A DNA stretch of 64,000 nt from Eledone cirrhosa (Eukaryota). The notes beneath the pieces are model-generated. The model was given only the letters and a program-made list of their open reading frames with translations. It made no database searches and was not told where the DNA came from. This document shows positions 55,387 to 64,000 of this stretch, one piece after another. The stretch is from contig OZ024743.1 in NCBI GenBank assembly GCA_964016885.1, positions 1,488,001 to 1,552,000 on the forward strand, read 5' to 3'. Both the position numbers and the translations under genes were made by a program. The first letter of the stretch is position 1, and each line of letters starts with the position of its first letter.

Positions 55387-57828
55387 TTAATTAGGTTTAT
55401 AATATTTAAATGTTTTTTTTAGTTTATGATTACACGATATAATTAATTCCTGTCGTTTATTTAATAAGATATCCTTAGACTTCATTATTTCAAATAGTTC
55501 TTGGGAACATAATCTACATTCCTTTCTATTATTTTGATAAGGGGTGGCTCTTTTGAGCACACTCCAGGTCAAATCATATTTTATATTTTTATTTTTATAA
55601 CTATTGATTTTTTCTGCTAGAGATGTTGTATTAGCCAGTGCGGCATTTTTAAAGCTATGTTTGTGGGTATTATACCTTGTCTTAAAATTGTTAGAGGTAG
55701 CTCCTATATATGAGCAAATAGAATCTTTAGTTTTAACATTACATTTATAGACTATGTTGTTAACAAGACAATTCCCTTTTAATGGGCAGTTTGTTTTGTT
55801 TCTACAGTTACATCCTTTCGTTAATTCTGTATTTGAGGAGATATTATTGTTAATTTGATGTACTGGTGGTATACTTATGGTTTTCTTACATTTATATGCA
55901 TTATATGCACTTATATTTTGTTTTATGTTATTTGTTGTAGAGTATGAGAATTTAACTGTAGACCTATTTAAGATTTGATGGTATTTGTGGTTTGGCGGGA
56001 AGTTTTTCTCAAGGATATAAAAAAATTTTTTAGCAATATTATCCTTAACTTGTAAATTAAAAGGAGCATTATACCAAGTAACTCGTCTATTACGGTTTCT
56101 ATGTTGTTTATTATTTTTATTATTTTTATATGTTGTATCATGATTTTTACTAGGAGGATTAATGTTAATGATCTCACCACAACTATTTTTAGTTATATTT
56201 GTAGATTTAGGTGTTTTATCTTTTTTATTAGGAGTTTTATTATTAATATTTATTATAGTTGTATGATGAGTATTTTTTTGAGGGTTACTATACTTTATAT
56301 TAGAAGATTTAGTATTTTGGGGTATATTGTGGGTGGCATTTAGGTGTGTACTTTTCATTTGGTGTTTGTTGGTAATATTATGCTGTATGCTTTCAGTATT
56401 TTTAGTAGAAGGTATATACTCTAATCTATTTTTGTGGCCACTTCTATCTAGAGCTTCATTATAAAAGGTCGCATTTTTATCAAATACATCTTGGTTAGAA
56501 GAAAGGTTAGAAATTCTAAGTGATATATTATATGCAAGGTTTTTAAGGATAGATTTAGGGTGATTAGATTGTGAGTGTATGTAATGTAAGTTTTGGTTAG
56601 GTTTATGGTAAGGTTGGTATATACCCGTAGCTAAATCTAAAGTTATATCTAGGAAATTTACTACTTTACTTGTTTTTTCAAAAGTAATATTAAGATTATA
56701 ATAGTCTTTAAGGAAAGTTCTAATATGCTTTTTGTTTTTTTCGATTTCTGAAAGGCTAAGGTTGTTAGAAAGAAGAAGACAGTCATCACGATATAAACCA
56801 CCTTTGAGGTGGGGAAAAGAGGCATTTATGTTGAAAAGGAGAAAGAGGCCCACAAGATCAGTAATTTGGGCGGAATCGCTTGAACCCATAGTAATATCAA
56901 AAAGATTACTGTATGTGTTTCTGGTCCAGTATTCATTCTGAAATTCAATAAGTGTTTGTCTAGCATGTGTAATAATGTTAATGTCATCCGAAGTTAAATT
57001 AGATCTATTTTTAGCAAATATTAATGCTTTGTTCAGGAGTATGGGTGATATAGAAGAATAGTAATTATCTATATCAAATTGTAGGAAAGAAGCAGAAGAT
57101 TTACACCTAATATTTTTAAACCAATTAATTACCTGGGAGGTGTTTTCCCAGAGTGGTAAAATAACGTATTTTCTTATTTGTGGGATGACTCTATCTAAAA
57201 TTTTTTTGCTAATTATTCCAATATCTGATTTGGAGGGACATATAAGTCTAATAGAAGGATTAGAGTTAAAGTTAGATTTGTGATCTTTCAGGTTGAAGTG
57301 TGGTCTTTTCAATGCCAAAGGTTCAGTTCTATCTTCAATATTTAGTTTTTTTACTATGTTGTGTGTTTTGTTGTTGATGTTGGTGAGTGACACATTATTA
57401 GATTTTTTATAATTTTTTCTGAGTTCTTTATATATGAACTCATTATAATGTTCAATATCCATATGATACAAGTTACCAGTTTTGTCCGAGTGGACATGGA
57501 TTTTTTTAGACTTTTTTAGGTCCAATAGGGTAGAATCAAGGTCCTTTTGAAAGACGGATTTATACTTTTTAAATTTGAGGTGTTTAATTAAATTAAAAAG
57601 GTCTTTCTCGAAGTCTTCAAGTAAAAAGTTGTGTGGTGGATTCTTGTAAGTATTGAAATCATACATATATTTCCGATCTGCTTGTTTAGATTTTCTATCG
57701 AAGTGGTAGGCTCTCCATCTAACCCTTCTGATAAAATTATTAGTTTTCTGAATCATAAGGAGTAAGAAGTCGTCCTTAGAAGGTATTGGTATGTTTTTTA
57801 AGGAGGTTCCTAAATATTGTTTTTCCAT
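55387..57828 (-). CDS. PLE polyprotein copy 2 (813 aa)
   Basis: Differs from copy 1 at one visible residue (RNTY vs RSTY). Confidence 0.95.
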   Translation of the reverse strand: MEKQYLGTSLKNIPIPSKDDFLLLMIQKTNNFIRRVRWRAYHFDRKSKQADRKYMYDFNTYKNPPHNFLLEDFEKDLFNLIKHLKFKKYKSVFQKDLDSTLLDLKKSKKIHVHSDKTGNLYHMDIEHYNEFIYKELRKNYKKSNNVSLTNINNKTHNIVKKLNIEDRTEPLALKRPHFNLKDHKSNFNSNPSIRLICPSKSDIGIISKKILDRVIPQIRKYVILPLWENTSQVINWFKNIRCKSSASFLQFDIDNYYSSISPILLNKALIFAKNRSNLTSDDINIITHARQTLIEFQNEYWTRNTYSNLFDITMGSSDSAQITDLVGLFLLFNINASFPHLKGGLYRDDCLLLSNNLSLSEIEKNKKHIRTFLKDYYNLNITFEKTSKVVNFLDITLDLATGIYQPYHKPNQNLHYIHSQSNHPKSILKNLAYNISLRISNLSSNQDVFDKNATFYNEALDRSGHKNRLEYIPSTKNTESIQHNITNKHQMKSTHLNATHNIPQNTKSSNIKYSNPQKNTHHTTIININNKTPNKKDKTPKSTNITKNSCGEIININPPSKNHDTTYKNNKNNKQHRNRNRRVTWYNAPFNLQVKDNIAKKFFYILEKNFPPNHKYHQILNRSTVKFSYSTTNNIKQNISAYNAYKCKKTISIPPVHQINNNISSNTELTKGCNCRNKTNCPLKGNCLVNNIVYKCNVKTKDSICSYIGATSNNFKTRYNTHKHSFKNAALANTTSLAEKINSYKNKNIKYDLTWSVLKRATPYQNNRKECRLCSQELFEIMKSKDILLNKRQELIISCNHKLKKTFKYYKPN

Positions 57829-58128
57829 TGTGATATGGATGATGGACAATTGAAAGAGCTCAACTAAATGTATATGGGTTTACAAAATCATACATATATA
57901 TATGTTTATACATAAATATAAAATTAATACACACATACAGTACAAAAATACGAATATTTCCGTGAAAATAGGAGCAAAATTATGTAGATAAATCTACCAA
58001 GAGTTTACGGTAGTGTCCAATCCGTATGAAGAACTCAATGTATTCCGGATATCATGGAAAGAAGAGATGTAATGAAAATCCACTTTCGGTGAAAGATAAA
58101 CGGTATACAGAGTCAAGATAAAAGTAGA

Positions 58129-60260
58129 TAAAAAAGTCTAAAAAAATCCATGTCCACTCGGACAAAACTGGTAACTTGTATCATATGGATATTGAACATT
58201 ATAATGAGTTCATATATAAAGAACTCAGAAAAAATTATAAAAAATCTAATAATGTGTCACTCACCAACATCAACAACAAAACACACAACATAGTAAAAAA
58301 ACTAAATATTGAAGATAGAACTGAACCTTTGGCATTGAAAAGACCACACTTCAACCTGAAAGATCACAAATCTAACTTTAACTCTAATCCTTCTATTAGA
58401 CTTATATGTCCCTCCAAATCAGATATTGGAATAATTAGCAAAAAAATTTTAGATAGAGTCATCCCACAAATAAGAAAATACGTTATTTTACCACTCTGGG
58501 AAAACACCTCCCAGGTAATTAATTGGTTTAAAAATATTAGGTGTAAATCTTCTGCTTCTTTCCTACAATTTGATATAGATAATTACTATTCTTCTATATC
58601 ACCCATACTCCTGAACAAAGCATTAATATTTGCTAAAAATAGATCTAATTTAACTCCGGATGACATTAACATTATTACACATGCTAGACAAACACTTATT
58701 GAATTTCAGAATGAATACTGGACCAGAAACACATACAGTAATCTTTTTGATATTACTATGGGTTCAAGCGATTCCGCCCAAATTACTGATCTTGTGGGCC
58801 TCTTTCTCCTTTTCAACATAAATGCCTCTTTTCCCCACCTCAAAGGTGGTTTATATCGTGATGACTGTCTTCTTCTTTCTAACAACCTTAGCCTTTCAGA
58901 AATCGAAAAAAACAAAAAGCATATTAGAACTTTCCTTAAAGACTATTATAATCTTAATATTACTTTTGAAAAAACAAGTAAAGTAGTAAATTTCCTAGAT
59001 ATAACTTTAGATTTAGCTACGGGTATATACCAACCTTACCATAAACCTAACCAAAACTTACATTACATACACTCACAATCTAATCACCCTAAATCTATCC
59101 TTAAAAACCTTGCATATAATATATCACTTAGAATTTCTAACCTTTCTTCTAACCAAGATGTATTTGATAAAAATGCGACCTTTTATAATGAAGCTCTAGA
59201 TAGAAGTGGCCACAAAAATAGATTAGAGTATATACCTTCTACTAAAAATACTGAACGCATACAGCATAATATTACCAACAAACACCAAATGAAAAGTACA
59301 CACCTAAATGCCACCCACAATATACCCCAAAATACTAAATCTTCTAATATAAAGTATAGTAACCCTCAAAAAAATACTCATCATACAACTATAATAAATA
59401 TTAATAATAAAACTCCTAATAAAAAAGATAAAACACCTAAATCTACAAATATAACTAAAAATAGTTGTGGTGAGATCATTAACATTAATCCTCCTAGTAA
59501 AAATCATGATACAACATATAAAAATTATAAAAATAATAAACAACATAGAAACCGTAATAGACGAGTTACTTGGTATAATGCTCCTTTTAATTTACAAGTT
59601 AAGGATAATATTGCTAAAAAATTTTTTTATATCCTTGAGAAAAACTTCCCGCCAAACCACAAATACCATCAAATCTTAAATAGGTCTACAGTTAAATTCT
59701 CATACTCTACAACAAATAACATAAAACAAAATATAAGTGCATATAATGCATATAAATGTAAGAAAACCATAAGTATACCACCAGTACATCAAATTAACAA
59801 TAATATCTCCTCAAATACAGAATTAACGAAAGGATGTAACTGTAGAAACAAAACAAACTGCCCATTAAAAGGGAATTGTCTTGTTAACAACATAGTCTAT
59901 AAATGTAATGTTAAAACTAAAGATTCTATTTGCTCATATATAGGAGCTACCTCTAACAATTTTAAGACAAGGTATAATACCCACAAACATAGCTTTAAAA
60001 ATGCCGCACTGGCTAATACAACATCTCTAGCAGAAAAAATCAATAGTTATAAAAATAAAAATATAAAATATGATTTGACCTGGAGTGTGCTCAAAAGAGC
60101 CACCCCTTATCAAAATAATAGAAAGGAATGTAGATTATGTTCCCAAGAACTATTTGAAATAATGAAGTCTAAGGATATCTTATTAAATAAACGACAGGAA
60201 TTAATTATATCGTGTAATCATAAACTAAAAAAAACATTTAAATATTATAAACCTAATTAA
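58129..60260 (+). pseudogene. PLE polyprotein copy 3, inverted and 5'-truncated
   Basis: Reverse complement of 55387-57518; lacks the first ~103 codons; private changes S>P, S>R, N>Y. Confidence 0.9.
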
Positions 60261-61980
60261 TAACATTATTCTAGAAATTAATTTAATTTAAATGTTAGTT
60301 AACCTATAAATTTAATTTAATTAATATTTTATTACTGATGAGAAAATATTATGTAATCATAAATTTTGAAAAACCTTTAAATATTACTAATATATACTCA
60401 GTAATTTAATTTATAGATTAATTTTAATTTATTTAAACCTTTTTATTATAATTCTTTTACAGATAAAATATAACAAAATAATATCATGTATCCAATGACG
60501 GAGAAAGAATTTTTAGTATTATAGACCTAATTAATATACATTTTGGAAATATATTTATTATTTGGTTTTAGTTTTAATCAACCTAAAACTTTAATTTTAA
60601 TTTGCTTAAAATTAGTATCCTTGTACAGACGAATTGCAGAATGTCATGTAATCATAGAATGGGATGTGTTTTGGATATATACCTAGTTAATATATTCTGT
60701 GCAATTTTTTGAAAAAGATATGTATATGTATATGTATATGTATATGTGTGTGTTGTGTATGTGTATCTGTATGTATGTTTATGTGTGTATATATGTATAT
60801 ATGTGTATATATGTGTATATATATATATATATGTGTGTATATGTATGTATATGTGTATGTGTATGTATATGTATATGTATGCGTATTAATTTTGATTTTT
60901 ATTTGCATATAATTATATTATGCTATTGATGAAATACAATATCTGCTTTATGTATTGTATACCTAATTAACATATACTAATTAACGTATACTATTGAAAT
61001 AAATATATAATTTTTAATTTAGTTAACATATAATTTATATGCTACTACCGATGTAATACTTTATTTTATTTTTATTTGGGTTTCTTTTCCCTATTACTAA
61101 ATTCATCTCCTAATATTGATACCATAACGTTATTAACTTTAATTTAGTTATAATGTAATTAATAATCTACTACTGTTTGACTTCATAATTCTGCTTCAAA
61201 TATTATAAACCTAACTAATTTATACCTTAGAAATCAATATGTTGACTATCTTTGGTTTAGTTAACATATGATTAATGGTATACTTATTTATTTTGAGATG
61301 CATAGATTTCGTATTTCCTAGCACTGAAAATATGTAAGAACATACATTGAATTAAGATACGGAAAATATTATATGTTTCTTGAAACATATATTTACTTTG
61401 ATCCCCTTCTCCAAACCCCCCCTTTCCCCCATACTATTATCATCTGTATTTGTAAGCGTATATGTATGAATATATATGTAGGTAGGTGTCTATATAGGTT
61501 TTGGTATTTATTTCTAAATATAAAAATACATATATGAGCATGTAAATATGAATGTAAGATTGAGTGTGTATATATGATTGTACATACATATGTATGTATA
61601 TATATGTATATATATGTATTATATATGTATGTGTATGTGAATGTGAGGTATGTATATGTGTATGTATATGTATATATGTGTATGTATGTGTATGCTTGTA
61701 TATAGGAATATATATATGTGTATATATGTATGTATATGTATAGGCGTGTATATATATATGTGTATATGTGTTGTGTATATATTTGTATGTCTCTCTATTT
61801 ATATGTTTATCTTCGTATCTATGTGATATATGTGTGTGTGTGTGCACGTATGCATATGTATGTGTTTGTGTGTGTTTGTATGTGTGTGTGTATATATGTG
61901 TATGTGCGCACACTCACATACACATATATATATATATATATGTGAGTGTGTATGTGTGTCTGTGTGTGTGTGTGTGTGTG

Positions 61981-62030
<50 letters not shown>

Positions 62031-62031
62031 G

Positions 62032-62062
<31 letters not shown>

Positions 62063-62172
62063 GGTGTCTATGTGTGAATATATGTCTTTATTCGTATGTG
62101 TGTATTTATGTATGTATATGTTTATGTGTATGTATGTATGTGTATGTATGTATGTATATATATGTATATATG

Positions 62173-62219
<47 letters not shown>

Positions 62220-62497
62220 CTTTATTATTATTGTAATATAACTTATGTGTATATGTGTATAAGTGAGGTTGTGTATGTATATATACTATGTGTATATATA
62301 AGAGTAATGAAATATATATATATATATATATATGTGCATGTCTGTTTTTTATGTGTGTGTATATATATATATGTATGTGTGTATGTGTATATATATATAT
62401 GTATACGTGTGTGTATGTGGATATATATATATATATATATACATGTGGGTGTTTGTATGTGTATTTATGGTGGTATGAGTGTGTGGATATATATGTT

Positions 62498-62528
<31 letters not shown>

Positions 62529-62535
62529 GAGTCTA

Positions 62536-62588
<53 letters not shown>

Positions 62589-62928
62589 GTATGTGTATGT
62601 ATATGTGTGTGTATGTATATATATGTGTGTGTATGTATGTGTGTATATATATATATCTCTATTAATGCGTGTGTGTATGTATATACATATGCGTTTTTTT
62701 ATTATTATTTTCATTTGTATGTCTGAGTTTGGTGAGGTGGTATTGTTTTTTATGTGTATACACATATATGTAAGCGTATGTATTTATTTGTATGAGTATA
62801 AGTAGGTGCATATGTATGTATGATTATATATCTAATTCTATGTATGAAGGTACATCTATATATATGTATATATATATATATGCGTGTGTATGTAAGTTGT
62901 GTGTGTATGTATCTTTATGTCTATGTGA

Positions 62929-62975
<47 letters not shown>

Positions 62976-63069
62976 TGCGTATATGTATGTACATGTATAT
63001 ACATGTATGTGTGTATGTATGTGTATGTATATTTAGATGTATGGGTATGTATGTGTATATATATGTATG

Positions 63070-63120
<51 letters not shown>

Positions 63121-63945
63121 ATATATATATATATGGATATATATCTTTATTATCTATTTTTTATATATATGTGTATGTGTGTATGTGTTGCGCGTGTGTG
63201 TGTGTGTGTGTATATATATCTTTTTATATGTGTATGTGTATGTTCGTGTAAGTGTATGTGTGTGTATGACTGTATACGTATGTGTGTATGTGTGTATGCG
63301 TAAATATCTCTATGTGCGCGTACATGTATGTATGTGTATGTATATCTGTATGTGTATGTACATTATATTATATTTATTATATTTTATTGTTTTTATTTTT
63401 TTATTTTTCTTAATTTATAGATACATTTATATTAGGCAGTCTGCTCTGACAATCTAATACTGACCCCTCCCCCCCCTCCCACCTAATTTCTGTATCTTGA
63501 TCTTGAAATGTGTGTGCCAGTGTTTTATGTGAGTGACTTAATTTCTATTTGCTTATGATTTTATATCCACATATATAAATGTGAGTGGGGGAGTGTGTGT
63601 GTTTGTATGTTCGTGGTTATGTGTATATTTATGCATATACGCGCATGTATGTGTGATTATACTGATATGTGTGAGTATGAAAAAAATATATTTATATGCT
63701 TGACTCCATAAGTATCATTGCGCATCTTATCAGCGCATTAAGCTTACAGAGATATTAACCTTGAAATTTTGTGTTTGCATCCATCTTTTTAGTATGCACA
63801 TACAAATTATACACACATTATTGTAAAATATGTGTAAGGATTTTACATGTATATACACACACCAAACTGCTTTTTAACCCTTTGTGTTTTCATTGGTCAA
63901 TTTTGAACTGATATTTTGAATTGTTGTTATTATCAATAAATATAC

Positions 63946-64000
63946 TTCATTATTTCTGAAGACGGCGTATATATGTGTTAGGTATGTATATTTAATCTTG
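63946..64000 (+). ncRNA. Hammerhead ribozyme, copy 3 (5' part; runs off the window)
   Basis: ttcattattt-ctgaaga-cggcgtatatatgtgtta... Confidence 0.65.

Larger units (their letters stand above)
44707..64000. mobile_element. Penelope-like element (Naiad-type) array: two tandem minus-strand units + pLTR stub + inverted 5'-truncated copy
   Basis: The terminal block 'tgtagataaatctaccaagag...' occurs at ~44709, ~51350 and ~57983 (periods 6641 and 6633). RT+GIY-YIG ORFs. The inverted copy starts at 58129. The left end abuts (TA)n. Confidence 0.95.

Noticed and set aside
60331-60358. CTGATGA-GAAA just after the PLE stop codon as a second hammerhead
   Set aside because: No stem II between the core boxes

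Overview
AT-rich, microsatellite-dense animal genomic DNA, probably cephalopod/octopus (inferred from the SINE type and repeat landscape, not proven). Two things dominate. (1) The 3' part of a large minus-strand gene for an FCGBP/zonadhesin-like mucus or matrix protein. I traced 26 GT-AG exons in consistent phase from 43148 down to a stop at 423, about 2090 codons: four VWD-C8-TIL-(TILa/EGF) units, two VWA domains, one EGF domain, a 15-nt microexon and two C-terminal PAN/apple domains. The upstream exons lie outside the window. (2) A very young Penelope-like retroelement (RT + GIY-YIG, Naiad-type) in the upstream intron, 44707 to beyond 64000. It consists of two head-to-tail 6.64-kb units with intact 813-aa ORFs, a short pLTR stub, and a 5'-truncated inverted third copy. 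Each unit has a ~4-kb microsatellite-filled 3' region and a predicted type I hammerhead ribozyme with an unusually long (116 nt) stem II. The other introns hold further hammerhead-bearing PLE relics, a train of R4/Dong-like and Tx1-like LINE fragments in (TAA)n, MetaSINE-type SINEs, a mariner relic, a Helentron-type element and several palindromes. Most ORFs in the supplied track are microsatellite artefacts.
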